Assembly (NCBI RefSeq): GCF_008831285.2
Contig: NC_045138.2
Location: forward strand, 5,518,001 to 5,582,000
Length of the DNA stretch: 64,000 nt
Source: Nymphaea colorata
Lineage: Eukaryota
Direction: 5' to 3'
Part shown: piece after piece, positions 1 through 14,750 of the stretch
Layout: every line of letters starts with the position of its first letter
Position numbering within the stretch: the first letter of the stretch is position 1
Program-made: the position numbers and the translations under genes
Notes under the pieces: model-generated
What the model was told of the DNA's origin: nothing
Seen by the model: only the letters and a program-made list of their open reading frames with translations
Databases searched by the model: none

Positions 1-3000
1 CCCAGAAAACCTAGAAGCCCCAGTAAAAATTTTGAACCAAAGACCTTGGAAGTTACAAACCAAGAAGAACCTAGTTTATCTTTCAAACCGAGATTTAAGA
101 ATGTCAACCTAAACCAGAGATTTCAGAAAACAAACATGTCAGTCAAAACCAATCTGTTCACTCCACTTCATACACAAACCTATTTAGAAACTATCCAACA
201 AGAGAAAATAGAAAGCCAATCCATAACAGTAAATAATTATCTAGCTTGTGTAAGTTTGAAACTAGGTAGTAGACATTGAAGGTCTCATGGACAGTGTTCC
301 AGAGACAAATAGTAGCCATGTATCTTCAACTTCGTCATAGGTTGATGAACTATCTGTAAGTATTGTAAGTATGCTCTTTTTATTGAATAAAGTGTTAGTT
401 TTCCTTACGAGTATGTGTTAGTATTTTGATTTTCAAGCATGTGTAGAGTAGTTTTATTTTCTGTCAATTGCATCATTTGGAACACCAAAGTCCATCTATA
501 TGAATATACGGCAAAAGAGGAGTCTGAATGTGTAACCCAAGAGGGAAAGACCCCAGACGAGTACCCACAAAGGCAGAAGCCGATCGGGAAAGTCAGATGG
601 TCATAAAGAAAACTGAGGTTATTTCACTTCCTGCAACGGATAGATTATAAGACACAAAGCACATACTAGAAAATGAGAATATTTGCACTTCTCGAATAGG
701 AAAACACTCCACAAATCATGGATAAATCAGAATTTGGAAAAATTTTACAGGAATTAGAACTAGTTTTAGAAAATCAGAAAGAATAAGTAACCAACTAAAT
801 GACTTTATAAGAAACATAAATCATAAAAAACCTGAAGTTCAGAAAATAGAACAAGAACCAGAAAAACTCTATATTTCAGACCAGATAGTCAAAAGAGAGA
901 TAAAATATTTGACGACCTTGTACAACTAGGATTTAGTAATAGGAAGAGTAATAACGGAGTCGTTCATATGAACAGAGTAGAATACGAAACTGGCTCTAAG
1001 AAAACATTTGTCTTCGGACAAAAATGCCAAATGATTGAAACAAACTTAGATAGGAAATTTCTAGAATTAAACCAGAATGACATGTATCTAATATTAGACG
1101 AAGAAAAAATGAATACAGAAACAGTGCTAGAAAGAATAAAAAAGACTAAACGAAGAAATAAGCCTAAAAAAGAAAAGATACGGCAATATGAAGGTTTACC
1201 CTGCGATACACCACAGTCGGTGCAAGGTTGCCCAGCGTATCTGGAAGATAAAATGGACAAAATAATAAATTTACTAGAAAAGCTTGTGGAAAAACTCGAC
1301 CAGCAATTTGAAAAAAGAAATGAAAAATTAGATAAGGTAAATGAAGAGGAAATTAACATGTTAGAAACAAATAGTCTTCAAAAAATAGAAATAGGTAGTG
1401 AAATCGAAACAGAAAACTATGAACCAAGTATAACATATACTAAATTAATGGATCAAGGACAAAACATGGAAATAAATGTGAATACAACACCCAAATAAGG
1501 AATTAAAATCAAAGAGGAATATCCAGCAGGTTCAAGAACTCACAAAGGAAATCCAAATAGGAATAGACATTAAGATGACTATAGTAAAAATGAACGATGG
1601 GAAAGAATTTGGAAATCTAGACTAAAAAACAAAATAGAAGAAAAAGAATGAAAACAAGGAATATTAAATCTAGATAACACATAATGTTATTACAAATCTG
1701 GAAAGCTGAAATGATCAAGCACATTACAGGAATCAAAATAGAATTAAAAAATGTACCAACATATATATTGAAAATTCATTTATAGGAAACATATATTTAT
1801 GGTTTGATCAGCTACCAAACTCTTCAAAAGAATCTTTATGAGCAGAAACTGATAGTAAAGGAACAACAACAACGAATCCTTTAGAGATATTAGAAAAATA
1901 TCTAGAATCAATTAAAGCAGAATTCTCACATTTGAATATCGAAAAAATATATGAAGACCAAATTAAAGTAACTGCTAGACAAAACATACTGCATCTAACA
2001 ATATGTGATATGTGTTATTTAGAAGAATATATACAACTATTTAGTAAATATTATTATCTGGCAAGTATAACTATAGAAGAAAAACCAAGATATTTAGATC
2101 TATTCTTTCAAAATGATCACCAGTAATATATGGACACGTGATAAAAACAATTCAGGAAAATAAACCAAATGAAGACGCGTTAGGATCAAGAAATATAATT
2201 CATAAGGACATGGTTCAAAACAATGTGTAAAGAATATGTAAAATCGAAAAAACTAAATCTTATAATACAATCACCATATAAATGTTGTGACGAACATATA
2301 ATACCACAGTTAGGATGTAAATCATATTACAAAACTAAGAGACATAAAAAGTAAAGAAACTTAAACACTATTACAAAAAATATAAGAACAAATACCCAAA
2401 GAGAAGATAGTACGTAACAAATAAAAATAAGTATCTAAAAAACCCCAAGAGTTGTAAATGCTAAAATTGCGGAAAAATTGGACATATAGCCAAAGACCTT
2501 AAACAACAAATAAAAAAAAGTTAATAAATGTAATAGAAAATGATTATATAAATATTGAAAACCTTAGTGAAACAGATATATCGGAGAATGAAACAATATA
2601 TGAAACAGAAAGTAGTAGTGAATATGAGTGATAAAATAGAAAGACCTCAAGATATTAGATATCAGGAAGAATTAACCAAAGATTATACAATTCAAAGAGT
2701 CATATTCGAAGAAAAAATATTTAGACAAATAGAAAAACAAGAATTAGATATAAGTATCGAAAAAATATTTGATTTTCCATTTGTAAGAAAAATACCAGTA
2801 ATAAAAACAATGGTTAAAAAGAATATTACATAATCAATCAAAGGGAACGTGTAATAGATATAGAACATACAGGATTATCAAAAGAAACAACTAGAGTACC
2901 ATTGATAAGTAGACAAGGAATCTATGAAGAACTAAAACAGTTAAAAGTAAAAAAAACCCCATGAAACAATTTCATATAAAAGGAAACATAGATAGTATGA

Positions 3001-4762
3001 TAAAGAAAATCTTAATAGACACAGGATCAGAAGATAATTATATTACACCAGATATGATAAACAATGATATTGTTTTGCTAAGTGAACATAGGTACAAGTA
3101 TATCCAAGGGAACATTATTAAAAATATGGGAAAAGTCAGCAAAGAAATTAGGATAGCAGACTACATGTTTGAAATAGAATTTGAGATACAATCACTTAGA
3201 AACGATAAACTAACAGGAATCATACTAGGGAACAAATGACTAAACAAATACAAAAATTTCAAAATAGAAAAAACGTATTAGAAATTGAACACTTGGTAAA
3301 CCTAATAATAATCCCTAGAAACTTAGATGATTAGCCAAATAAAAAAGAAATTTTGAACAAGATATGAAAAATGCTTTAGACAAAGCAGTAGAAGAAAAAA
3401 GACTAAGAAAAGAAAAAACTAATATTCAAAGTATATCTAATGCTATATAAGTTTATCAACAATATTAGAAACGAGATAGAAGAAAAAAGATTAGCATTAG
3501 AATCAGCATATACAAAATATGAATATGATAGTTATGACAGTGATTTAACAGACTACAGAAATTGGTACAACGATTATGATGACGATATAATGTGGAGAAA
3601 TATAATAAACAGAATGGAAGGATGATAAAACTAAGAAAATGTCTAACGTATATAACTCCAATAAACTAGAAAGACATAAGACAAATAGTTGTTATATGAA
3701 GTAAATGGAATATTTGGCTAAGAAAGATGTTTATAGTAAGACAATTCATTGATAAACTGATACATAAAGTACATGAAAGATGGTTGAGAGAAATAAGAAA
3801 CCTAGATTCGGATGAAACAATGTCAGATATATCATACGACGAATCAGAATGTTTCTAACTACAAGTGTAAAGGTATATAATAACCAAACTAAAAACTTTG
3901 TGCGAAAAAGAACAGGAAAATTATTTAGAATATATATATATATATATGTTCTTAAATTTATAGGGAAACTAGGAAATGGGGTGACGAAGAAAATTTAAAG
4001 ACTATAGAAGAGAATTTTTTACATACCTAAGAACCAGAGCAGTAGCCGAATGGAAAATTATGACCTATTAGAATAAAAAGGATAAAAGAATAGCACATAC
4101 GTCCCACCAAGCTTTGGAAGAAAAACTTATAGTGATGAAGAGACAAGTGAGGAGGAATGAACATTAATAAAAATAAATTTTTATATATACACTAATCAAA
4201 GTCATACCAAGATGATATAATAACCGATATTACACTGCCTACATAAACACAGGAGCACAGATAAATTTATGCAAAAAAAACTGTTTACCAGACAATATAT
4301 GGGAAAAATTAGATAATCCACTAAAGGTTAGAGGATTTAATGGAGCCAAGGCTACAATAAACTATAAAGCAGAAAATGTTAATGTACAAATTTGAAGAAG
4401 ATAATCAAGATCAACAGAATATATGCATTTGAATTACATAACAAAGATATTATATTAGGAAGACCATTCCTAAATGGTTATCTACCAATAAACATAACAA
4501 ACAAATATTTAATATTAACAACACCTTGTGGAGAAAAAATAAATGCTCTAATAGTAAATAATAATGACGAAAACAAAACATGGATTAAAGGAGATAGTAA
4601 ACTAACACAGAGGATGACACGAGAAAAAATAAATACCATCACCATAAATATGTATGAAATAAACGAGTTAGAAAATATAGAACAAAGACTTGCAGAATTA
4701 TATTCTGAAAACCCATTACGACATTGGGGAAAAACATAAAACTATTGTTAAGATAGAATTAA
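1..4762 (+). mobile_element. Endogenous caulimovirid (pararetrovirus) segment: TAV fragment, leader, ORF0, CP, MP/protease, small ORFs X1-X3, start of Pol
   Basis: Near-identical reverse complement of 39790-44552; degenerate CP zinc knuckle CKC*NCGKIGHIAKD at ~2453-2497, protease motif LIDTGS in ORF 2961-3239, second protease YINTGAQINLC at ~4240-4272; multiple stops and frameshifts. Confidence 0.93.
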
Positions 4763-4862
4763 NNNNNNNNNNNNNNNNNNNNNNNNNNNNNNNNNNNNNN
4801 NNNNNNNNNNNNNNNNNNNNNNNNNNNNNNNNNNNNNNNNNNNNNNNNNNNNNNNNNNNNNN
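4763..4862. other. Assembly gap (100 N, size unknown)
   Basis: Run of exactly 100 N. Confidence 0.99.
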
Positions 4863-7800
4863 CTTTACTATCAGTTTCTGCTCATAAAGATTCTTTTGAA
4901 GAGTTTGGTAGCTGATCAAACCATAAATATATGTTTCCTATAAATGAATTTTCAATATATATGTTGGTACATTTTTTAATTCTATTTTGATTTCTGTAAT
5001 GTGCTTGATCATTTCAGCTTTCCAGATTTGTAATAACATTATGTGTTATCTAGATTTAATATTCCTTGTTTTCATTCTTTTTCTTCTATTTTGTTTTTTA
5101 GTCTAGATTTCCAAATTCTTTCCCATCGTTCATTTTTACTATAGTCATCTTAATGTCTATTCCTATTTGGATTTCCTTTGTGAGTTCTTGAACCTGCTGG
5201 ATATTCCTCTTTGATTTTAATTCCTTATTTGGGTGTTGTATTCACATTTATTTCCATGTTTTGTCCTTGATCCATTAATTCAGTATATGTTATACTTGGT
5301 TCATAGTTTTCTGTTTCGATTTCACTACCTATTTCTATTTTTTGAAGACTATTTGTTTCTAACATGTTAATTTCCTCTTCATTTACCTTATCTAATTTTT
5401 CATTTCTTTTTTCAAATTGCTGGTCGAGTTTTTCCACAAGCTTTTCTAGTAAATTTATTATTTTGTCCATTTTATCTTCCAGATACGCTGGGCAACCTTG
5501 CACCGACTGTGGTGTATCGGCAGGGTAACCTTCATATTGCCGTATCTTTTCTTTTTTAGGCTTATTTTCTTCGTTTAGTCTTTTTATTCTTTCTAGCACT
5601 GTTTCTGTATTCATTTTTTCTTCGTCTAATATTAGATACATGTCATTCTGGTTTAATTCTAGAAATTTCCTATCTAAGTTTGTTTCAATCATTTGGCATT
5701 TTTGTCCGAAGACAAATGTTTTCTTAGAGCCAGTTTCGTATTCTACTCTGTTCATATGAACGACTCCGTTATTACTCTTCCTATTACTAAATCCATGTAC
5801 AAGGTCGTCAAATATTTTATCTCTCTTTGACTATCTGGTCTAAATATAGAGTTTTTCTGTTCTCGTTCTTTTTCTGAACTTCAGTTTTTATGATTTAGTT
5901 TCTTATAAAGTCATTTAGTTGGTTACTTATTCTTTTCTGATTTTCTAAAACTAGTTCTAATTCCTGTAAAATTTTTCCAAATTCTGATTTATCCATGATT
6001 GTGGAGCGTTTTCCTATTCGAGAAGTGCAAAATATTCTCATTTTCTAGTATGTGCTTTGTGTCTATAATCTATCCGTTGCAGGAAGTGAAATAACCTCAG
6101 TTTTCTTTATGACCATCTGACTTTCCCCGATCGGGCTTCTGCCTTTGTGGTACTCGTCTGGGGTCTTTCCCTCTTGGGTTACACATTCAGACTCCTCTTT
6201 TGCCGTATATTCATATAGATGGACTTTGGTGTTCCAAATGATGCAATTGACAGAAAATAAAACTACTCTACACATGCTTGAAAATCAAAATACTAACACA
6301 TACTCGTAAGGAAAACTAACACTTTATTCAATAAAAAAAGCATACTTACAATACTTACAGATAGTTCATCAACCTATGACGAAGTTGAAGATACATGGCT
6401 ACTATTTGTCTCTGGAACACTGTCCATGAGACCTTCAATAGTCTACTACCTAGTTTCAAACTTACACAAGCTAGATAATTATTTACTGTTTATGGATTGG
6501 CTTTCTATTTTCTCTTGTTGGATAGTTTCTAAATAGGTTTGTGTATGAAGTGGAGTGAACAGATTGGTTTTGACTGACATGTTTGTTTTCTGAAATCTCT
6601 GGTTTAGGTTGACATTCTTAAATCTCGGTTTGAAAGATAAACTAGGTTCTTCTTGGTTTGTAACTTCCAGGGTCTTTGGTTCAAAAATTTTTACTGGGGC
6701 TTCTAGGTTTCTGGGATTTTTATCAAAGGTTCTATTTGGGCTTTCCATTTTAGTAGTTCTTTCACTTGGTTTTGTAGTATTGCTAGTTGGGTTTGCTGTT
6801 CTTCTAACTCCATCCTTACTAGCCGCACAAATAAACAATTGGTGTTATTGAGAGATTGGCTTTTAGCAGCAACTCAAATTGTGTGTGTATTCTGATGGTT
6901 AATCTTTTAATCACTTTTGGAAAGTGACCATCCTTCAACGGATTTGATTCGTCTTTACCAGGAGCCGTTTGCTCTGGACTAGCCATATTCTTTTCCACTT
7001 TCAGTGGTTATTGGTGAATATGAGTACCAATGTGTGTGGTTTGTGCTAATTAGTTCATATATCTGGTAGCATTTTCTCCTTCTACTGTTATTTTACATTC
7101 CTTGATAAATAGTCTGTATAGCAATTTTCGTTAGTCTTGATTATTTCGATATCAAAATCAAATAATTTTATGTTGTTGACTAGCCTCCTAATTTCTTTCT
7201 TTACAATTGAGTTTTCTAGTTCAATTGTAAAGAAATATCAGCAAAGAAATATCAGCAATGTCTCAGACAAGAGCAATCAAAGGACCAATAATGGGAACTA
7301 AGAACTTGAAGGAATATTGCCAGTACATGCAAAAATATCAGGAGCATAAGTGTTCAGAATGTGCAAAAAGTAAAGAACTATGCGAGGTAACCCTCGAAGG
7401 AATAAAGACCCAGTCAATACTTCAATCACTACCATGTACATGAAAAAGTTGTGATTGATTGGGAACATATTCTAAAGAGGAAAAGACAATTGCATCGAAT
7501 AAAACAAAAGAAAAAACACAACGAATAAAGTAAAGAAAAAGATATTCGAACGGCAGACAGATAATAAAGTAAAGAAAAAGAAATTTGAATGGCAAACAAA
7601 GAATAAAGTAAAAGAGATTTGAAGCAAAGAGATGGAGCACAAAGGCAGACAAATACAAACAGAAAAGCAGAAAGCAGCAAAGGCTTAATCAGAACCAGAG
7701 ATTAAGATTCTAGCAGGTCACCTTTCAACCGTTGATCTCCGCAAAGTTTCAAAACCAACCACTATAAATATGAGAAGTCAGGCACTCGTGGAGCTTGTGT

Positions 7801-7981
7801 AAGTTTGAAACTAGGTAGTAGACTATTGAAGGTCTCATGGAGAGTGTTCCAGAGACAAATAGTAGCCATGATAAATATTTGTGTAATATGATTATCTTCT
7901 GATCTTGTGTCTATTAAGATTTTCTTTATCATATTGTTTATATGAAATTGTTTTTGGTAACTTGTTTTACCTGCAGAACTA
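4863..7981 (-). mobile_element. Partial copy of the intronic caulimovirid insertion, including the inverted TAV-end/promoter block and the host junction
   Basis: Near-identical to 42688-45818, with the same virus/host junction (agaactaaattatagtg) next to a CYP82 exon 1. Confidence 0.92.
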
Positions 7982-8043
7982 AATTATAGTGTTTTTGTAT
8001 TTAAGGACAAATAGGAGCAACAGAAGGAGAGGTGGTAACGTAC

Positions 8044-8959
8044 CATACCGGTGGCTTTAATAATGGCATCAGTTTGATGATTTTCGAACAAGTGACCGTC
8101 ATCTAATTCTTTAATGACCACGTCAATCAAGTCTCTCTTCTCGTCGGCACTACTGGATTCCTTTCGGCGGTGCTCTGCAAGCCAAGCCGAGGCAACTTCA
8201 TCCATCTTCAGGTGAACCCTTTTCATGGCATTGAGGTGACCACCCACATCTAGCCACGGATCGCGTCAGAGACGGTGAACATACCAACTAGATTGGCAAA
8301 CTCATCCAGAGCTTCACTAAATCTTTTCCTTCACCGTCCAAATCAAAGTACCATTTTCCGGGGATCATCCTAAGGATGATGTTCAAGGCCATGCAGGTCA
8401 AATGCTGCTTCATCTCTACCGGCTCATGGTTTCTGCAACTGCCGTACAGGCGCCGCATCAAGAAGCCCACCTCGTCTACCCGGATGTGCTTGAGCAGCTC
8501 AAATTGCTGGCTTGACAGCTGCTCGGTGGCGACGATCTTGTGGAGTTCACAAAAGTAAGGTCCGTATGGGCTGAATGAGAACATGGCATGATCGTAGGCA
8601 AGGTGTTTCCAACCTTCTAGCTGTGGCCGACCGGCAAATGCTCGGTCATTGACAGTGAAGCACTCCTTGGCGAGGTCCATGCTGCTCACCACAATGGCAT
8701 GCATTTGTCCCAGTTGGAGACTGAAGAGAGGCCCGTGCTTCTCTGAAAGAGCAGCGATAGTTCTATAGAGAGGTGTGGTTCCAGTCAGCAGGTCGAGGTG
8801 TCCGACTATTGGCCAAGAACCATTGGGTTCCGATAGTCGGCATCTTCCTTCCCTTTTCCTCTTTTGCCAAATTTTACAGATGAAGAAAAGGGCAAGCAGA
8901 GATGCTAAACCCTCTGCTACCCGCTTGATGGAATCCATAGATGTGGTGATGGACTCCAT
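8044..8959 (-). pseudogene. CYP82-like P450 copy A, exon 1 only (two 1-bp deletions relative to copy E, possibly consensus errors); exon 2 not seen on this contig
   Basis: N-terminal anchor, WPIVGHL, AKECFTVND, DAIIKAT; GT donor at 8043-8042; near-identical to 45881-46798. Confidence 0.85.
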
Positions 8960-9078
8960 AGATGTGGGGAAGGTATTTTCTTTCCTCCTGCTTGCTAGCT
9001 ACTTTTGTATGTATATATATTCATAGAATATGCGATTGAGTTTTCTCCCTTGAACAATTTAGTAGTTAAAGGTGTAGT

Positions 9079-9134
9079 TCTCTCTCTCTCTCTTATCTCT
9101 CTTCTTCTATATATATATATATATATATATATAT
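9079..9134. repeat. (CT)n/(TA)n microsatellite upstream of P450 copy A; longer (TA)n version at ~46918-46986
   Basis: Direct reading of the sequence. Confidence 0.9.
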
Positions 9135-9669
9135 CAAACATGTTTGAATAGTCAAACATGGTTGGTGGTTGGATGCTTGAATAGTCAAACATGTTTGGCA
9201 GTTGGAGATCTTGGTCAGGACGTATTAACGAGGAAGTGTTTGTTTTTTAATATTTCCCTCAGAACAAGAACGGAGTCATTTTCTTGAAGGTTAAGGAATT
9301 CTTAAAACGATAAATAGACAGTATGCCATGGATCATGTAGAATCACATGTGGTAATGTGTGAGTAGTTGCCCTCACAGTCTCACACATTTTGTTTATTTC
9401 CCTATTTATTTGTATATGTATGCCCCTTAATTATTTACTTAATGCTCTTTAATCTTTTTATTATGTCTAATATTTTTTTTGAATAAGTGCTCCTCGAAAA
9501 AAAAACGTATGGCTTTTGGCCAAGGAAACAGGAATGAGCAATAGGGAGCTTACCACTGGAGCTAAAATGCTTCAAAGAGTAGAAACACATTTTCAAATCG
9601 TTATCTTATTAACCATGGCAGGTTACAATAATGGATTGCTAGGAGGTAGGCTCCCCACTTTTATTACCA

Positions 9670-10400
9670 AAAAATGATATTTACAATAATTAACAGAGGA
9701 TGCAAGGCATCGACAGGAAAATTGCAAGGACCAAAAAACCCTCACCCCTCAAAAATACAAGACAGAGAACATCTGAACCAAGAGCCTATAGTTAAGCCAA
9801 AAACAAAACTGTCTGCCCGTCTGCTATTAGGCTAACAAAACATGCAATAATACCCGCCATCGTCGCGTCCATCTTGATGACCATAAATCAAGGATGCTGA
9901 CCTGATCCACTCACAAAAAGTGATAGTCTATATTGGTTCTTTCAGAACACTTTCTGAATAGGACCCATCTTGCTGGAATGGTACTGCGCCCTTCAATCAT
10001 AATGGTTCTGCACCCTTCAATCATAGCTCGTAATCAAAGATATGATCGTGAGACTTCCTGAACTCTTCAGCATTTTACCTAGCCAAAACTCCAGCAGGTG
10101 CATTTCAGCTGTATCCCCCCTACTGTGAGCCATTCTATTAAGCAACTTGTAAGCTCCAGCATCCCTGTCCCACCAGACTGCAGCCATCATTAACCTTATG
10201 TTAAATCTTCTATGTGCAACTTGAAGAGTATGATTGCCCTTATGTATTTCTTCTCTTTTACTACAGAAAATACCACAAGTTGAATCAGTTGCAAGTTTTC
10301 CTCCTGCGAAAAGATCGCCTTACCCTTTGTCCTATCTTCCAAATCCTATTTGTAATGCTACCAATGGATGGGTGCTGCCAATTATCATGGGCTGTTTGGT
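9670..10400 (-). mobile_element. Possible degenerate LINE 3-prime fragment (also at ~47520-48250)
   Basis: Minus-strand remnants resembling a LINE C-terminal zinc-binding region (LTVGGIQLKCTCW ... SHDHIFDY); no intact ORF. Confidence 0.3.
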
Positions 10401-10440
10401 TTTTAATTAAAAAAGTAACATAACGACGGTGGTTGGCAAT

Positions 10441-10808
10441 TAAGGACGTTAACGCCTCAAAGGATTGGCTTCAAACTGGATAAACCCTTAACCATATCTG
10501 TTTTTTTTTAATATTCACATATTTGGATTCAAATCCAAAATTTGGTTTCACAATTCGAACCTGATTTTTATATTCATGTCCAAATCTAAATCCAAATTCT
10601 GAATCAAAATTTTTCAATTTTCAAAATGTAAGAGAATTAAATATAAGACATTTGTTTAAAACAAATCCGGTCCAAATCTGATAGGATGCTATTTCTTAAA
10701 TCTTAATCGGATAAATATGATTTCTTAATCATATATTAATTTTTTTGCATCAGACTTTTTTTATCGGTTCAATTGGATATCCAATCCAAATTGATATTGA
10801 TATCCTTA
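10441..10808. mobile_element. Non-autonomous hAT-like MITE
   Basis: Imperfect TIRs taaggacgttaa / ttgatatcctta; 8-bp flanks ttggcaat / ttaacaat (6/8); internal atcc/ggat repeats. Confidence 0.6.
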
Positions 10809-11699
10809 TTAACAATGATAACAATGTGATATTGCTTCATGAGTTTGCCCTAAAGTTTGAGGGAGATTCAAAAAACAATTTGCTATAATGTTTCAGTATC
10901 AAATTTTTGGGGTAGATATATGAAATAGAATGTCATTGTTCCCATTACCAAATGCCCTCAAAAGACAAAAAAACTTGGAACTATTTTTCCATTTCTATGG
11001 AAAGAGAAAAGTGGGAATTCTTTTTGTGAGCATGGCTTGATGATAGTGAAATTCCGGATAAAATTGCTATCTTTGTGAATTGGATATTTTCGACAAAATT
11101 GATATTTTTGAATTTCAGTATTCCTATCCACAAATTGTAATTCCGACAAATTTTGTTTAAGTTATTTTCTTTTCAGTCTTCTAGCATTTGGGAAATTGAG
11201 TATGATTTTTTTCGCCCCATTTATGAATAGATTTTTGTTTTCATTTAGTTTAGTAAATACTTTTGTTTTTTTCTTATATGCATATATGTACGTTTTTTTT
11301 TACTTTTTTCTTTTCTGAATGTCGCTTGTCAAATCTTTTCAAATGGGACTATTTGCAAGGCATTGAATTCATACCGACTACTGTATTGAACACATAAAAG
11401 AACTTACAAAATTCGTTAATGAATTCCCATTTTCTAGATCTGCCTTTCTACTTGCTGATTGAAGGCATGTTATGTTCCTTAGTCAATAAGGGAGTGTTTA
11501 ATAGCCTTTGATTTAAGGGAGTATTTTCTAAATCTTACTTCATCTTCTCATGATTCTGGTGCACTCAAGTATAGCTTCTTGACTCCGAAGATGAGATTTG
11601 AGAGAACGAAAAGAAATAGAGTGAGATATTGATTACATATCTCTAATGAGAATTATTTAGAAGAAGAATCAATTACTTTGGATGATCTCTTAGGGTTGC

Positions 11700-12970
11700 T
11701 TTGGGTGAAGCCCTAAAGTGATGAGCATATGCCTCCAAAAGATCTTCTTATGCTTCCTTGAAGAGTTGGACCTTGAACAAGCTTGTTCCCAAAGATGGAG
11801 AAGAAGAATAGATGAAGAGACAAAAGGAGGAAAAGAGCTAATAGAAAACTCTAAAATGAAGAGACAAAAGGAGGAAAAGAGCTAATAGAAAACTCTAAAT
11901 CTTCAAGTGACAGAGCACAAGAGGTTCCCAAAAGATTAGCTCATGTCCAAGAGGAAGGATTGTGAGGGTATTTATAAAGAGTTTTGGAGCAAAAACTGAA
12001 AATTTGATTTTTTTTTTTTTAATTTAACAAGATTTTCTTGAAAATTTCAAATATTTTTGAATAATTTTTAATTTTTTAAAATATGCTTTCACTAAGTGGG
12101 ATTAGCCGACAGGGCTAATGCACACCTAGCCAGGCCAAAATCACCCCCCAAGGGGCGGTTTTTCATCAAAATGGGGGCCCTGCGTGCACAGACCTTGTCT
12201 CAGTGTGCAACGCATATCAGCGGCGATGCGTGAAGGCGCTCTCACGTGCTCATTCGACTGCATGGCACGCTTGTGCGTTTGCTCGACCACGTGGCACGCT
12301 TGCTCGACCTTGTGGCGCACTCGCGTAGTGTGCGCACTTGCGTGCGCGTGATTTTTGTTTTTTGTTTTTGTTTTTTAAATCAAAATAAAAAATAATACTG
12401 AAAAGTTGTTTATATAAGAAGTGTAAAACCTTTTTTATTTAAAATGTAAGCAATGATGATTTTTGTTAAAAATGGGCGGCCGACTATGTTTTGAGAAATT
12501 CCAGGTTCGTTTTATATTTGGATTGGGTTCAATTGGTCGCCCATGCATTCTAAGGAGTAATTTAAGCTCAAAAGCACATCTCGACACAAAAGCAAAACAT
12601 AAAACAAAGGAAGGTCCATGTGTGTGCGGGGACACACTCAATGACATTAAATTTTGCCGTTCGGATATCAGCTTTGGAATTTGAGTTTCAATTTTTTGAT
12701 TAGGATCTAAACTTGGGTTTGGGGTCTAATTCGGATCCGAGAATTGGATTTTGGATATGAATCTCACGTCTAAGGTTGGGTTTTGATTTTAAATTTTGTG
12801 TTTGGGATTGGACAAGGTTTAGAGATTTATTTTGGATCGACTAGTCGCAAATTTATTTTGGGTCTAGGATTGCGCTTAAGGACAAGGAATTAATCCAGAT
12901 AAAATAATTGAGAACTGAGTGAAAATGAAATACACCCCTTTAAAAAAAAAAAGAATTTGGGGAGATAACA
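11700..12970 (-). mobile_element. Probable Ty3/Gypsy-type LTR remnant
   Basis: Minus strand begins TGTTATCTCCCCAAATT at 12970; TATA-like tataaata near 11970; GC-rich degenerate repeats at 12180-12350; truncates the adjacent Copia remnant. Left boundary is approximate. Confidence 0.4.
11813..11899 (+). repeat. Two-copy ~45-bp tandem duplication (atgaagagacaaaaggaggaaaagagctaatagaaaactctaaa)
   Basis: Direct reading; also present at ~49652-49740. Confidence 0.85.
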
Positions 12971-12979
12971 GTGCTTCGT

Positions 12980-14750
12980 AAGTGTTCATCATAAAACTTG
13001 CTTTCTAACTAAAAACAAATTTCAATGTATACCACACATATATAACATCCTTGAGTTTCAACACAATCCTATTGTTGGTTTGTAAATTTACATCAGCAAC
13101 ACCAACTTGTGACAAACTATAATTATACATTCCAACACAGCATAATCACTAAAAGCATAAGTAAAAAATAATTCTTCATTTGAAATGACATGGAGAGACA
13201 CTACTATCAATTACCCAGATCATATCGTGACTTGTCAAGTTCATAACATCTTCATCATAAACAACTGTCATTATGTATAGCTGCAACAACACGATCATTA
13301 ATATCTTCATTTTTTCTATCTTCTTTTTTACTATTTATATTTTCTCCCATCAATTGAAAGCAATATTTTTTGATGTACCACATAACATATTCTTGGAACT
13401 TGACCTTGATTTGCTTCAATTTTTATGTGTACATTTCTCACTCTTGAATTTATTTTTCTCCCTTTTTTTAGTGACAAATGCTAGACTTTTAGATTTTTTT
13501 CTCATCTATTCATTTAAAACACCGACCTTAACAAGCTTCATAAAAGTAATACTATTTGACATAGAGTTAGTGAGTGAGATCCAAAATGTCTCGTATAAAT
13601 CTAGTGGAGTGAGAAAAAACCAAGGTTCAAGAACTTCATCTTCAAATTTTAGACTCACATCCGACAATTGATTAATAAGTCATTGGAATTCATTCAAGCG
13701 ATCGACAACAAAATTTCCTTATGCTTAACTTGCATCATCCATATTATTGCCGGTCTTTGAAGCATGCAAATTTTCAAGTGAGGACCATAATTTCTTCATA
13801 TGATTCTCATGCTGAACGTAATATAGGCATTCTCATCAACAAATTATCGAATAAAATCATACACCTCCTCATGCTCAAACTTTCAATTTTCATTACTGAT
13901 AGATTCTGGCTTTTGATTTGTAAATATTAGAAGATGCATAATCTTCACAAACAAAAATTCATTCACTTTGTTTTTGTGTAGATTATAATTTGTGTCAATC
14001 GAACTAATCACCTGACTTGTGGTAATGATGTTTATTCTTGAACCAAAGCTTCGATACCATTTATATTGGTAAAAGCAGGCACAAACCAAATGATCAAGTT
14101 TTACAAACAATGGCAATGACTAAAAATACCTCTAAATAAGCATTTTTATTCTGTGCAAATAAACGAACAATATTTCTTCCACCCGCACTCCAAAATAAAA
14201 CTTTTATCAATTAAGAGATTTCAGTGCACAGGAATAAAAGCAAACACCAAAAAAGACAAATACCAATTTTCTACTTGGAAATCCCACTAAAAAATAAGAG
14301 ATAAATGCCACAAGGTTGAGAGCAATCCGATAACAATAAGTCCATAGATCACCACAAGGTAGATACAATAAAACAAAGAAAGAGTAAGAATGGAAAGATC
14401 ATGAGTGATCCCATGGCAAAGTCATCTTTCTCTAGCCCCAATAGTCATAAAAAGTGAAGAAAAAAGAACAAGGAAAAACCTCAAACAAGAAATTGAAGTT
14501 TTCTTTCCCTCTCTATTAATGCTCTTGTTGCTTCGAGTGAGTGGAGAACATAAAAACCCCAAGCAATGAAGAAGAAAACCCCAAGCCAAGACTCGCATAA
14601 AAACATTCTATCCCCTTTTTCTTCCCTCTTCTATTTAAATTTTTGTAATTTCAATCAACAAAATTGTTGCTTATTTGCATCTTTTCAATGCTTTCCACTC
14701 AAGTACGAGTGAAAAAAAAAATGACTTTTCACCTTCCACCTTGTGATCCA
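12980..14750 (-). mobile_element. Truncated Ty1/Copia retrotransposon: LTR, PBS, gag and protease remnants
   Basis: PBS-like TGGTATCGAAGC (14059-14048); gag-like EFQ.LINQL.DVSLKFEDEV; protease-like IWVIDSS..HVISNEELF at ~13220-13160. LTR outer boundary is approximate. Confidence 0.75.

Noticed and set aside
4690..4919. ORFs spanning the N-gaps (also 57519-57885)
   Set aside because: Artefacts of translating through Ns.
13273..13930. Hydrophobic + strand ORFs as membrane proteins
   Set aside because: They are antisense shadows of A-rich Copia gag; the same applies to Phe/Leu-rich ORFs opposite the viral genes.
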